DNA of 38,049 nt, taken from the IMG/VR virus record IMGVR_UViG_3300045988_016945, positions 1 to 38,049 of that record. One strand, written 5' to 3'. Every line of letters begins with the position of its first letter. The first letter of the stretch is position 1. A program made the position numbers and the translations under genes. The notes below the pieces were generated by a model, which saw nothing but the letters and a program-made list of their open reading frames with translations, was not told where the DNA came from and made no database searches. Below, piece after piece: positions 5,563-16,118 of this stretch. This DNA is from a virus.

Positions 5563-8500
5563 TTACCAGTGGGCAATTTTGCCGAAAGTGGCTTGCTCGT
5601 TTTTTAAAGCGTTAATAAATGCTGGATCTCTCCCGTTTCCGCCTACATTTAGAAAATGCTGCCAAACCCTTGCGAGAGCTGCGGCAGCAAATCCTAGATT
5701 GGTGACATTTATCCAGCGGCCTTTTGGAAGCGAAGCCGGGTGGAAAGAGAACCCCCGATCGAGATAAAAGTCGTCCTTTAGCAATATTCTGTCCCCATAG
5801 AGTTCAGCTTGGTCGATAACCGCATGATGCTCCAACCCTCTTGCGGCACGATACACTCGAAGACCAGAGAAACGCCCGGATGACGCTGAATTGACTCCGT
5901 CCCCTGATGATGTGACGCCTATTGCAGCAAACAGCGAACCAATGCCCTGGTCCTCGTCTGGCGGGGTGTCGTTGAAATGCACAAACGCCGTGTGCGTCCC
6001 TTTGCGTCGAACTATCGCATTGTCTTTGTTATGAAATTCGATCGTTGCATTGTCGTAGAAATGAATCTCAGATTGGTTTAAGTCAACTCTCATTGATCCG
6101 TTAAGCCCTTCCATTCTGCCCCCTCGATAGTTCAAGCCGGTAAACGTACCACTTGTGACACTCTCGGCGTTCAGATTGACAACGTCAACCAGTGAAGCGT
6201 TTAAGCGTCCGCTAGTGATTTTACTTGCAGACAATTCTCCGATTTTGGCTGAGCTAATGACACCATCTTCGATGTAAGTAGAACCAGTGATTTGAACCAG
6301 TTTACCGTCGATTTTAACTGAGCCGTCCTTATTGAGATTGATTTGGTTGAGGACGTCGCCGGACCTTGTCAAATTCTTGACCGCCCATGAACCGGCAATC
6401 TGCGACATTTCGGACTTGGTAGCTTCAAGCCCAGTGTCTAGCTTGTCTAGTTGCTTGTTAGTGACACCGAGATTAAACGCCCACTTATCCTCTAGGTTCT
6501 CCACTTTCCAAACTGTCCTCTTGGCATCTTGGATAATCTGAGAAATAGACTGCCCATGTTCGCCAATAGTACGACTGAAACTGTCAACGGTTGACTTGAT
6601 TTCGTTGAACTTGACTGTTACCTCTTGACTTGCGTCTTTTGGAGACGGTTGCCAAGCACGGTCCATAGTTCCCTCGTAGCAATCAAGCTCGGTGAAGAAT
6701 AGCAACGACTGACTGCCGTTTGTCGTACCAGTATTATCGACACGGATGAAACCTTCATCACAGTCTCCGGAGTTAAAAGTGAAGTGAAATTTCTTAACAC
6801 CGCTTGTTGATGGCGAACCGTCAAAGTGTTTGACATTGACAACCTTGCTAAAATCTTTGGTTTCGTTTGACTTGCGCCCAAGGAAATAGATATCCATCCC
6901 CTTTAGGTTGCCGCCTGCCAAAATTGAAATATTAAGAGAATAGTTAGTATTTCGCTTCACTGGAAATCTCAGCGTAGAGCTAGGCGTTGTTGTTATTGTT
7001 GTTGTTGAAAGCAAAAACAACGGCTTAGAACCGTTGTAATAGAGTGAATGACTTGACACAGATAAATTCGAGTTAGGTTGAGTAGCTAACCAATACCCCC
7101 AATTATCCAGATTATCCGGGAACGCTGAGTTACGGATCAAGTTCTCACCGCCAACGGAAAGTGTGTCAATTGACGGAATCTGTTTCTTGACCTCGCTAAT
7201 AAGCTGCGTTGTCCCTTGTTCTGATTGTTGGATAAGGTTTGTTACAACCGTAGCTGTCGCAAATCCTTTGTTATCGACCAATCTATTGACATCGGACTCT
7301 TTCAAGAAACCTTTGCTATCAATAGCGCTATCTAGGTCAACCCTAGAGATTTTAGTTTCAATCTTGCCAGCTAACGTGCTGATTTGCGTTTCAGCGTTTG
7401 TGACTTTATTTCCAAGATTGTCAAAATCAACTCTTGAAACCTTTTGAGCGATAGAATCCGCTGTAACACGTAATTCTGCATTAGTCTGGTTGATTTTTCG
7501 CTCTAATTCTTGGCCTTTAGACACTGCACTGTCAGCCGTGGCTTTAGCAGTTTGGACTTCTGTCCGGTCTGCTTTCAAACTGATTTTGTTATCAGTCTGA
7601 GCGATTGCGGTGCTATTAGCCGCTACGCTCTTAGAGAGTTTGTCAAAATCAGTCTTAGACACTTTTGATGATACTTCATCGACCAAGTGATTGACCGTAG
7701 TTTCAGCGTTAGTGATACGGCTATCTGTTTCAGATTGTTTCTGAGATAACTGACTGACACCCTGCTCGGTTTGTGTTATCGTCGTTTTAACCGTGCTGAT
7801 TTCAGCTTCGGTGTCCTCTGGTGCTACTGTGTGCTGCAAAGGGATAAGCGCCCCTCTGACCAACATAGGCGGCTTGATTTTCAAATAGCCGTTTCTAATA
7901 ACTGTAATATAGAACGGCCATTCACCGAGGGTGATGCCCTTGCCGGCAGTGAAAATCAGCTTAACATCAAACCACTCATTTTTGAGGTCTGTCGGGATGT
8001 TGTAAGCAACTAGATTGTCATTGTTTTTATGATTTTTAATGATAATCATAGCGCCACGGTCAATGTCTACCCCGCTGTCAATGTAAACCGGAACCAAGAG
8101 CGAGAATGTTTCGCCGGCTTTGATTTCTGGAATAGCCATGTTCCATGAGATGCCACCATAAACATCATTTGAATAGCTGTGAGACTTGATTAGGAAAGAT
8201 TGCCCGTCAGTAGTAGTAGTAGTAGTATTTCCACTTCCTCCAGGCTGTCGGTGTAGATTCTCGAAATCTGCTGATTTCAAAATCAAGTTACGACTGCCAA
8301 AGTCTGTCGGAATCTTACTGTCCACACGGCTAATCTCAGTAGTGATTTTATTTCCTAACTGAGTAATCGAACTTTCAGCCGTCGCAAGTCTCTGAGTAGC
8401 ATTGTTAAAATCGCTTGTCTTCACTCGTTGGCTAATCTCGTTAGCTTGTTGAGTGATACGACTTTCGGCGTTGATTACTCGATTATTGACATTATCAAGC

Positions 8501-10599
8501 TCTTGTTTGTTAGCTTTGGACGCAATCATGTCCGCTTGTTGAGTGATAGACGTTTCGGCACGGTTCACACGCCCTGTCAGCGTGTCTACGTCCTGCTTGT
8601 TGGCTTTCTGGCTGATTTGCCCAGCCTGCACCGTCAACGAGCTCTCAGCCTTGTTTAAACGCCCAGAAACAGCATTAACTTCCTCTTTGCTAGCCTTGGC
8701 TGAAATCTGCCCTGCTTGCTGTGTCAAAACCGTCTCAGCATTAGACACGCGCTGGCTGATTTTGTCAACGTCTTGCTTGCTAGCCACTGAAATTAAAGCG
8801 TTATTGATTTTGGCAAACTGTACTGACGTGTCATTTGACAGTGTACCAATAGAACCCTTTAGAGCTTCAACTCTCTTTTCAGTCTCTGATAAGTCCGTGT
8901 TTAGCGTACTTTTAGCATTATCAACCAGTTTGACAGCTTCTGAAAGTGCATCTTTTTTAGACGCAGCAATCTTCTTCTCTGTCTCTGCACGCTCGACGGT
9001 GTCCAAGTATCGAGCTTCTGCGATAGCTTCACTCTTAACATCGTTTAGACGGTTAAAAGCGTCCTCTGCAGTTGATTTAGCTGAATTAGCTAATGTTTCC
9101 GCATTAGTAGCCTTGGCTGTAATTTCAGCAACCACTCTGTCGTGTTCCGATTGCTGTTTGGCCATGTTAGCTGCGACTTTTTCAAATTCTTTCTTGATTT
9201 TGTCTTGAAGCCCCGTGCCGTCCCATGTTCTCAAAACCTCTTGCCACATTTCACCAGTCCAGCGATACATGATAGTGTGTCCCTCATGTTCTGGGTCTGG
9301 TTTGTACCAAGAATCGTTGATTAAAACTTGCCCAGGGTGAGATTCTGTTGGATCAGTGCTTGTGTACCAGTTATGGTTAAAACCATTAGCTGACGGGATA
9401 AACTCTGGCAGTTTCTTGACAAATTCAGTGAACTCACCAGCTTTAAACTCATCAAGAGCCTTGTTGACGGTACTCTGTACCTTTGCGTCATTGCTCTCAC
9501 TAACTCGGTCCCCTAGCTTAATGTCGCTAGACTCGTTGTTTAAACGGTTGAATGTGATTTCAAAGATACGTGTATCGTAATCAAGGTGTCTATCGTGTCG
9601 AACTACTCGGATAGTGTCGCCAATTCGGGCACCTTTCAGATAGACCGTTGTTGTTTTAAGTGTGAGTTTAGGTCTTGAAGACTCAATCAAAGCCTCATAA
9701 GTCTGTTTGACAAGCTCGTTTTTGTCTTCTTCCTCGCTAAATTCGACAAAGCCAATCTTAGGGCGCATCTTGCCGTCCGGTTGTTTAATGCCGTATTTAG
9801 CGGTCATTTCTGGAATTTCAAGGTATTTCTGGCCAAGGGGCTTGTCTAGTGGGTCCCCTTTGGCTTTCGACCAGACAATTTCCTCGAAGTTGATTTTTCG
9901 GCCATACCCGTCAGCGTCTTTTCCAGTATCTTCCGCTGAGCTGACTTGTTCACCTTTACCGCGACCAACTAAGGCGGTGTATAGGTTTGTCTTCTCAACC
10001 TCTTGCAGAATTTCAAGGGCGTTATGCCCATAAACTACACGCTTACCGACTGCTTCACCTATTTTGCGCTTGAAATCAATGTATCTAGCACCAATCTGAC
10101 TGCCGTTCATTTCAACAAAGAACTGCATTTCTAAGCCCCACACCTTGCACACTTTTTTCAAAGCGTCAAACGTGGAAATGTAATAGAAATTAGTGCTCTT
10201 TGGGTTTGTTTCAGCAACGAAGCGAGGGGACCAGTTCGTCCCGGTTAAAAGCCATTCAATGACCGGTCTGGCACGTTGGTCCGTTGGACGCTTGTCGTAA
10301 ACGACTGTCTTGCGTAATTCCTCAATACCAGACTGAACACCGATAAGCGTTGTGATATCCCCTTTGGTATTCCCTTGGGCGATATAGAAGTAATGGAATT
10401 TATGGGTATCGTCGATTGACTGGATAGCCATGTATTCCAATTTTGCCAGCTCGTCATCCCTCAAGGCTTTCATTTCGACAGTCAAGCGGTCTGAAACGTA
10501 ATTTTCAGTGGTAAGACTGAATTTTTGCAAAGCCGTCTTAATTGCAGGTTTGCGAATAATCTTGATAAGTTTTTCGTCCTTATCGAATAAATAGATCAT
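5563..10599 (-). CDS. Tail-associated lysin / host-specificity (antireceptor) protein, 1678 aa
   Basis: It sits directly after Dit with an ATGA overlap. The N-terminal 380 aa or so are Tal/prophage-tail-like. Residues about 606-760 and 940-1090 carry coiled-coil repeats of about 23 aa (NAExxxTQQAxxIS-type). Two CBM-like modules begin NLILKSADFEN and ENLIRNSAFPDNLDNW. Confidence 0.85.
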   Translation of the reverse strand: MIYLFDKDEKLIKIIRKPAIKTALQKFSLTTENYVSDRLTVEMKALRDDELAKLEYMAIQSIDDTHKFHYFYIAQGNTKGDITTLIGVQSGIEELRKTVVYDKRPTDQRARPVIEWLLTGTNWSPRFVAETNPKSTNFYYISTFDALKKVCKVWGLEMQFFVEMNGSQIGARYIDFKRKIGEAVGKRVVYGHNALEILQEVEKTNLYTALVGRGKGEQVSSAEDTGKDADGYGRKINFEEIVWSKAKGDPLDKPLGQKYLEIPEMTAKYGIKQPDGKMRPKIGFVEFSEEEDKNELVKQTYEALIESSRPKLTLKTTTVYLKGARIGDTIRVVRHDRHLDYDTRIFEITFNRLNNESSDIKLGDRVSESNDAKVQSTVNKALDEFKAGEFTEFVKKLPEFIPSANGFNHNWYTSTDPTESHPGQVLINDSWYKPDPEHEGHTIMYRWTGEMWQEVLRTWDGTGLQDKIKKEFEKVAANMAKQQSEHDRVVAEITAKATNAETLANSAKSTAEDAFNRLNDVKSEAIAEARYLDTVERAETEKKIAASKKDALSEAVKLVDNAKSTLNTDLSETEKRVEALKGSIGTLSNDTSVQFAKINNALISVASKQDVDKISQRVSNAETVLTQQAGQISAKASKEEVNAVSGRLNKAESSLTVQAGQISQKANKQDVDTLTGRVNRAETSITQQADMIASKANKQELDNVNNRVINAESRITQQANEISQRVKTSDFNNATQRLATAESSITQLGNKITTEISRVDSKIPTDFGSRNLILKSADFENLHRQPGGSGNTTTTTTDGQSFLIKSHSYSNDVYGGISWNMAIPEIKAGETFSLLVPVYIDSGVDIDRGAMIIIKNHKNNDNLVAYNIPTDLKNEWFDVKLIFTAGKGITLGEWPFYITVIRNGYLKIKPPMLVRGALIPLQHTVAPEDTEAEISTVKTTITQTEQGVSQLSQKQSETDSRITNAETTVNHLVDEVSSKVSKTDFDKLSKSVAANSTAIAQTDNKISLKADRTEVQTAKATADSAVSKGQELERKINQTNAELRVTADSIAQKVSRVDFDNLGNKVTNAETQISTLAGKIETKISRVDLDSAIDSKGFLKESDVNRLVDNKGFATATVVTNLIQQSEQGTTQLISEVKKQIPSIDTLSVGGENLIRNSAFPDNLDNWGYWLATQPNSNLSVSSHSLYYNGSKPLFLLSTTTITTTPSSTLRFPVKRNTNYSLNISILAGGNLKGMDIYFLGRKSNETKDFSKVVNVKHFDGSPSTSGVKKFHFTFNSGDCDEGFIRVDNTGTTNGSQSLLFFTELDCYEGTMDRAWQPSPKDASQEVTVKFNEIKSTVDSFSRTIGEHGQSISQIIQDAKRTVWKVENLEDKWAFNLGVTNKQLDKLDTGLEATKSEMSQIAGSWAVKNLTRSGDVLNQINLNKDGSVKIDGKLVQITGSTYIEDGVISSAKIGELSASKITSGRLNASLVDVVNLNAESVTSGTFTGLNYRGGRMEGLNGSMRVDLNQSEIHFYDNATIEFHNKDNAIVRRKGTHTAFVHFNDTPPDEDQGIGSLFAAIGVTSSGDGVNSASSGRFSGLRVYRAARGLEHHAVIDQAELYGDRILLKDDFYLDRGFSFHPASLPKGRWINVTNLGFAAAALARVWQHFLNVGGNGRDPAFINALKNEQATFGKIAHW

Positions 10600-11387
10600 A
10601 GACTTTCATCCCTCCACTGAACTTCACGAATCGCCACGTTTTTCCCGCTCAATCTGTCACCGTCTTTCACATAAAACTGCTCTAGTGGGCTAAAACGTTG
10701 TAATTCACTTAGGATATTACGACCATCATAAGTAGCAGTCACTTCTTCGTCGCCAAATTTAATGACAATTTCCTTGTTGGCTGCATAACTACCCTTAAAC
10801 GATAGCTTGGTTTGACCGTTGATGATTTCGAATTCTGTTGACGTTGTCGTTGTCGTGGCTGCAATCTTCTCAGGTATCACCTTCTTAGCGTAAGTTAGAT
10901 AAACAACACCGTTAGAACGCTCTGGAACTCGTTTTTTATAGCCGTCTGGCACTAACAATACAAAGCTGCTAACAATTGAAAGCCTGTCTTCCTCCACTTC
11001 GTCCGCTTCTTTGAAGATAGCGTAGTAAGTAAAATCCGGCTCATCATCAAACGTAACTTCGAGATAGCCGCTAGGCCCTACTTCTCTCAAAATGCGGTTA
11101 AGCTCTCGGAAAGAGGTCCTCATGACTTGGCTGGTGACTGTCGTTAACTGATATTTAACTTCAATCTCACGCTCTGAGTCATTAACACTGTCCACCCAGA
11201 CACCACGGCGCCCAGGGACACGAGTAGTTGAAATTTCACGGTTAAGCAACGAGCGCCCCTTAACTGTAAGTTGTCGATACCCTTGGATGATATCCTCTAT
11301 AGGCGTCCCGTTGATACGCATGTTATCAACCGGTGCTCTTTGCAGCACTGTTGATTCCGTGCGCTTCAATGAAGCATAATCATACAT
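10596..11387 (-). CDS. Distal tail protein (Dit)
   Basis: 263 aa, positioned between the tape measure and Tal, which is the usual synteny. Confidence 0.75.
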   Translation of the reverse strand: MYDYASLKRTESTVLQRAPVDNMRINGTPIEDIIQGYRQLTVKGRSLLNREISTTRVPGRRGVWVDSVNDSEREIEVKYQLTTVTSQVMRTSFRELNRILREVGPSGYLEVTFDDEPDFTYYAIFKEADEVEEDRLSIVSSFVLLVPDGYKKRVPERSNGVVYLTYAKKVIPEKIAATTTTTSTEFEIINGQTKLSFKGSYAANKEIVIKFGDEEVTATYDGRNILSELQRFSPLEQFYVKDGDRLSGKNVAIREVQWRDESL

Positions 11388-11409
11388 TAGCTAAAACCTC
11401 TTTTCTCTC

Positions 11410-14400
11410 TTAATAGTTATCAAGCATTAATTCCATTGATTGAGCGTTAGTGATGTCATTAGTAAATGCTCTGTAAGTTGTATCGCCCATTTTAAGCACG
11501 ATATCCGCTGCCTGTTGAGTAACTGACATCTTGCCGCCATTGAACGAAACAGATGGGTCATACCCTGCCAAACGACCTAACTGGCCATCCATGCTACCAA
11601 GTTCATCATTGATGGCTCCGTTGATATCTTGACCGGTAAATGCGTCGATAGCTCCTTGGGCCATATAACGCATTGAGCGGGCTACTTGGTCCGCTTTGCT
11701 GTCGATACCGATGATGAAACCTTTATCTGTATAGATACCGAATTGACGGAACACACGGGATGGTGATTTGATACCAAGTAAGGCTTTAGCTCCATTAATC
11801 GCATTACTTACAGCACCTTTAACCGCTGAAATCAGCTTGCCGGCTGCGGATGTAACCCCGCTAACGAAACCGCTAATCAATTGAGAACCGACGCTTGCAG
11901 CTTGTCCAACGAATCCACGGGCTGCACTAAGTGCACCGCTGAACGCTGAACGAACCGCTGAGATAATACGCTGACCAGCACTTGTTACCGCAGATACCAC
12001 GGCACTGAATCCGCTAGTGATAGCTGATTGGATTGAGCTCATGGCACTTGATACCGCTGACCTAACAGCACTCCAAGCTGAGCTGATAATGCTCTGAACA
12101 GAACTCATGGCGCTTGAAACAATTGACTGGATAGCTGACCATGTACTTGATACAGTGCTAGCTATTGCACTCAATACGCTGCTGATAAGCGACAAAATAG
12201 CGTTCCAAATTGCGCTGATAGTTGCTTGAATAGCTGACATGATTGACGTGATAGCTGATTGAACTTGTGAGAAGTTTCCAGTCACCAAACCAACAATAGC
12301 CGCCAATACACCAGCTAAAACAGCTTGGATTCCAGTCCAGATAGCGTTCCAAATTGCGCTGATAGCTGAAAGCGTGCTTGAAATAATGCTTGAGATACCA
12401 GCCATGATAGGTGACAGAATGGACATGATTGTGTTCCAAACCGTTGAGAAAACAGTCTGGATAACCGTCCACGCCGCTGACCAAATAGACTGAATCACAG
12501 CAATACCAGCGCTAATAACGCCACTAATGGCTGACATGGCCCCCCCAGCGATAGATTGAAGCAATGCCCAAAGTGCTTGGAATGGAACAGCTAACAATGC
12601 CCATGCTGCGTTCCAGATTGCGAGAATGAACTGGATACCCGCTTGGATAATCGGGCCGATAGCATTAATACCGATTGAAACAAGGGATTTGATACCTTCC
12701 CAAACAGTAGACAAGATGGTTTTGAACGTTTCCCACGCCCCAGACCAGTCGCCTTGCAAAATCTGCATCCCCATCTTGATGATGTTTAAGATAACCTCAA
12801 TGACTGTTGAAATAACAGTCGTAATCATTTGCCAGCTTGTTGAGAACAACGTGATTAACAAATTCAATCCAGTTTGAACCACTGGAAGAATTGCGTTCAT
12901 GACGTTTTCAATCATGCTCTTAAACATATTCCAGTAAGTTGTTGCTGTCTGCATAATCAAGGCGTGGTTTTCATTCCAGAAGGAAGTCAACTGGCCCCAT
13001 ATTGACATAACAAACGACACAATGGCTTGAACGGCGTTAGTGATTGCGCTCTTGATAGTTTCCCAAATTGCAATGACTTGCGAACGGAAATTCTCGTTAT
13101 GGTTCCACAAATCAACGAGCGCAGCTACTACCATCCCGACTGCTAACGCAATCCCAGCAAATGCAGCAAGAGCTGCGGCTGAAACCCCGCTGGCAGCACT
13201 ACCAAATGAAACCATCATAGCTTCACCGCCTTCGAAAGCCATTGAAAAACCTTCTACCACTGCCGTCCCGCTAGAGAAGAACCCTGCAAGCGAGCTGATG
13301 GCACCACCAATTGTGCTTAGTGCAGAAACGACGTTTCCGACCCAAATGATTAATGTCCCAAGTATTGCAATAATGGGCCCTGCTGCTCCAACGATAAGTG
13401 CTGCCCATTTAACCCAGCCGTCAACTGGCAGATTGTCCCAGATAGTTCCTAGAACACGCACCACATTGTCTTTGAATGTGATGATAGTCTGCTTCATGTT
13501 TTCCATTAGCTGCTTGATATTAGCTTCGTTATTACCAAGACCGGCCACTAAGTTTTCAGCGGCTGCCTTCATGGAATTGAACGACCCCGAAACGGTTGTA
13601 CTTGCTTCTTTTGCGGTCGTTCCGGTTACTCCAAGTCTATCTTGAGTAATACCGATGGCATCAATCAAGGTATGGAATGGGATATCACGGATATTGTCAG
13701 CCGTAGCTTCAAATTCACCATTTAAGACACCAGATTCATTGACCAAACGAGCCATTTCGGACATGGTACCGCCGTAACCAAGTTTCAAGTTATCCAGCAT
13801 TGAATAGTTGTCTTTGGCGAAGCCTTGATAAGCGTTTTGAATGTCCGTCATGTTAGTACCGAACTTGTTCGCATTATCTGACATTTGGACAAGGGCTTTA
13901 TCCCCGTATTTCGCAGCTTTGGCAGTATCACCGCCTAGACCTTGTAACAAGGTAGCTGAGAACGACGTTACCTGCTCCATGTATCGGTTAGCAGACACAC
14001 CAGCCGTCCTATAGGCTCGGTTGGCGTTCTCGATGACGTTGGTTCCCTCACGGTCCATTGTGTTATAGAGCGCTTGGGCTTGTTGTCTGGTCATGCCGTA
14101 GTCTCTGGCTAGCGTATTAACACTTGAACCATTCTGTTTGAATAGCGTAGAGACACCACCCAACGATTGCTCAAGGTCTGCATAACCTTTGATGACGGCA
14201 GTTAACCCTCCAACCATTGGCAATGTGAAAGCTGTGGTCATTCCAGCTCCGACTGATTGCATGGCACTACCGACTGACTTTAAACTGCTACCAACTTGAG
14301 CAAGCATACCCCCAGACTGATTTTTCAAATCAGCAAGGGCAGACTTGGCAGCATTGACGCCGTTTGTGAAGTCACTTGAATTGGCACGAAGTATGGCCGT

Positions 14401-14421
14401 AACGTCAAAAGATGCTCCCAT
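11410..14421 (-). CDS. Tape measure protein, 1003 aa
   Basis: Large size and long hydrophobic, Ala/Ser/Ile-rich repeats (AIWNAIW, SAISAIWNA). It follows the chaperone pair. RBS AAAGGGGG. Confidence 0.9.
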   Translation of the reverse strand: MGASFDVTAILRANSSDFTNGVNAAKSALADLKNQSGGMLAQVGSSLKSVGSAMQSVGAGMTTAFTLPMVGGLTAVIKGYADLEQSLGGVSTLFKQNGSSVNTLARDYGMTRQQAQALYNTMDREGTNVIENANRAYRTAGVSANRYMEQVTSFSATLLQGLGGDTAKAAKYGDKALVQMSDNANKFGTNMTDIQNAYQGFAKDNYSMLDNLKLGYGGTMSEMARLVNESGVLNGEFEATADNIRDIPFHTLIDAIGITQDRLGVTGTTAKEASTTVSGSFNSMKAAAENLVAGLGNNEANIKQLMENMKQTIITFKDNVVRVLGTIWDNLPVDGWVKWAALIVGAAGPIIAILGTLIIWVGNVVSALSTIGGAISSLAGFFSSGTAVVEGFSMAFEGGEAMMVSFGSAASGVSAAALAAFAGIALAVGMVVAALVDLWNHNENFRSQVIAIWETIKSAITNAVQAIVSFVMSIWGQLTSFWNENHALIMQTATTYWNMFKSMIENVMNAILPVVQTGLNLLITLFSTSWQMITTVISTVIEVILNIIKMGMQILQGDWSGAWETFKTILSTVWEGIKSLVSIGINAIGPIIQAGIQFILAIWNAAWALLAVPFQALWALLQSIAGGAMSAISGVISAGIAVIQSIWSAAWTVIQTVFSTVWNTIMSILSPIMAGISSIISSTLSAISAIWNAIWTGIQAVLAGVLAAIVGLVTGNFSQVQSAITSIMSAIQATISAIWNAILSLISSVLSAIASTVSSTWSAIQSIVSSAMSSVQSIISSAWSAVRSAVSSAMSSIQSAITSGFSAVVSAVTSAGQRIISAVRSAFSGALSAARGFVGQAASVGSQLISGFVSGVTSAAGKLISAVKGAVSNAINGAKALLGIKSPSRVFRQFGIYTDKGFIIGIDSKADQVARSMRYMAQGAIDAFTGQDINGAINDELGSMDGQLGRLAGYDPSVSFNGGKMSVTQQAADIVLKMGDTTYRAFTNDITNAQSMELMLDNY

Positions 14422-14424
14422 TAA

Positions 14425-14757
14425 CTACCCCCTTTCTTTTTGTTGATTTATGATTCTATTCTTATCAGCTAACGAGAGTATTCGATTCTTAGGCGCAGTG
14501 TCCTCCGGTTTAAATATCTTGCTGAACTCTTTTTCATGGTCATAAAACTCATTAAAGGCCCTGTAAGCTGAGCGAACACTCTTGCCCTTGCCCTTGGTAG
14601 CTTGGACGGTCTGGTTATACCATGCTTGAATTGCTGCGTTAAAGCGGAGGTCCTCTTGTTTAATTGCGTAAGCGGTATTGTACACCTCAAACTCAACAAG
14701 CGTCGTCCTAGCAGCTTCTATGTAGCTCATACCATGCCTCGCAATCAAGAGAGCCAT
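14425..14757 (-). CDS. Tail assembly chaperone, downstream (gpT-like) segment
   Basis: The tracked ATG has no RBS. The frame stays open upstream to 14862, in the -1 frame relative to the gpG-like ORF, so it is probably made as a frameshift fusion. Confidence 0.6.
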   Translation of the reverse strand: MALLIARHGMSYIEAARTTLVEFEVYNTAYAIKQEDLRFNAAIQAWYNQTVQATKGKGKSVRSAYRAFNEFYDHEKEFSKIFKPEDTAPKNRILSLADKNRIINQQKERG

Positions 14758-14798
14758 TGCGTCGTCATAGCTGAAATCATAATCTGGTTGACTGTGCC

Positions 14799-15140
14799 CT
14801 ACTCTTGAACGTTCATTGCGAGTTTGAGTAGGGATGACGCTTTTAACTCGTCGATAATTGACTCAATCGTCTCCTTGTATTTGCCTTTGTCAATCAAATC
14901 AGCAAGATAGGCTTCAATGTCAGCGTCACTTGGTTTTTGTGGCGCCGTAATCGTACCAGCTTTGATGATATCCACGAATGCAAGAGGGTCGTTGATAGCA
15001 ACACCGGCTGAAATCAATGTCATGGCACCGTAGCCAGTCTTCATGCCTTCGAGTTCTGCTGAGTGCAATTTGTTGATCTCACGCAAGAACGCAAGTCCGA
15101 AAATCAAATTAAAGTCTCGTCCGTTGATAGATAGAATCAT
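14799..15140 (-). CDS. Tail assembly chaperone (gpG-like)
   Basis: 113 aa, lying between the major tail protein and the tape measure. RBS AAAGGAGAAA. Confidence 0.75.
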   Translation of the reverse strand: MILSINGRDFNLIFGLAFLREINKLHSAELEGMKTGYGAMTLISAGVAINDPLAFVDIIKAGTITAPQKPSDADIEAYLADLIDKGKYKETIESIIDELKASSLLKLAMNVQE

Positions 15141-15160
15141 GTTTTATTTCTCCTTTATAC

Positions 15161-15188
15161 AAAAAAAGCAAGGGCACAAAGCCCCTGC
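15161..15188 (-). terminator. Intra-operon terminator after the major tail protein gene
   Basis: Minus strand GCAGGGGC-tttgt-GCCCTTGC forms 8 bp with one G:U, followed by TTTTTTT. Confidence 0.7.
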
Positions 15189-15194
15189 AATAGA

Positions 15195-15737
15195 CTAGAT
15201 AGATGACACTAGGCCGTCTTCTTTGGCAAGAGTGTGGTAGTCGTATTGAGCGCTTGCGACTGCTTTCTTCTGAGCTTCTGTCAAGCTGTCAGTTGAAATA
15301 ATACCGTTGCCGTCGATAGCCATTTCATAAGAGAGCTCGACTTTGTCGTCAGCGGGTGCTGCGATTTCAAAGTTTTTAAGATAGCCTTGGTAATATTCAA
15401 CATCATAGACATCTTTACCACCAGAATTGCGTTTAGAAGCAAGGTCAACTTGCCAGCACTCTACCTTGTCGCCTGCGATGAACCATTTACGCATTTCACG
15501 CCACATTTCTGTGGTAGTTCCATCTTCACGATAGGCGAGAGATACGAATTCCCCAGACACTTCCCCGTCTGAAATAGAGTTAACTACACCGTCTTTGGTT
15601 TTCGTAGTTTCGACCTCTTTTTCAGCATTGATAGTGTGTTCTGTTTGGAAACGTACTTTAGCAGCATCTTGCGTCTTTTGGTCTTTCACACGACGGAAAA
15701 AGACCATTAGGTCTTTACCCAAAATAAGTTCTGCCAT
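15195..15737 (-). CDS. Major tail protein
   Basis: 180 aa with strong RBS AAAAGGAGGA. It is upstream of the chaperones and followed by a terminator. Confidence 0.8.
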   Translation of the reverse strand: MAELILGKDLMVFFRRVKDQKTQDAAKVRFQTEHTINAEKEVETTKTKDGVVNSISDGEVSGEFVSLAYREDGTTTEMWREMRKWFIAGDKVECWQVDLASKRNSGGKDVYDVEYYQGYLKNFEIAAPADDKVELSYEMAIDGNGIISTDSLTEAQKKAVASAQYDYHTLAKEDGLVSSI

Positions 15738-16118
15738 TTATTCCTCCTTTTTGGTATATGTAAATGTAAAATCCAGCACAATGTGAATCAATGGCTGGAC
15801 GTCTGTATTATCTGGTAAAACTTGCTTGTCTGTACCAGTCTTCAATAAGTTGTATTCAAACCCTTTAATTCGTTCGCTAGCTCGTTCTAACGCTTGGCAG
15901 TGAGCGTCTAGCTCTGCACGCTGCACTCTAGTCCCGTAGATATGGACGGTTTGTCTTATCGTTCCAAAGTTTTCGTTATTGGGTGTAGGTGCTGAACTAT
16001 TCTCACCGATGAAAGCGAATGGATAGCTGGCGGATGAATCGGGTAAGTAGTCGTAAGTTGCCAATTTCTCACTAGCAATAGCAAATAGATTTCTGAATAA
16101 GTCGTGGCTAGGTGTCAT
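15738..16118 (-). CDS. Tail terminator / tail completion protein
   Basis: 126 aa, assigned by synteny. ATGA overlap with the upstream gene. Confidence 0.6.
   Translation of the reverse strand: MTPSHDLFRNLFAIASEKLATYDYLPDSSASYPFAFIGENSSAPTPNNENFGTIRQTVHIYGTRVQRAELDAHCQALERASERIKGFEYNLLKTGTDKQVLPDNTDVQPLIHIVLDFTFTYTKKEE

Noticed and set aside
8543-9208. Long antisense or alternative-frame ORFs in the track (8543-9208+, 13040-13645+, 17416-17826+, 24960-25376+, 31955-32422+, 1016-1324-, 12158-12484- and others)
   Set aside because: They lie wholly inside well-supported genes on the other strand or frame, have Ser/Leu/Cys-rich shadow-ORF composition, and lack RBSs.
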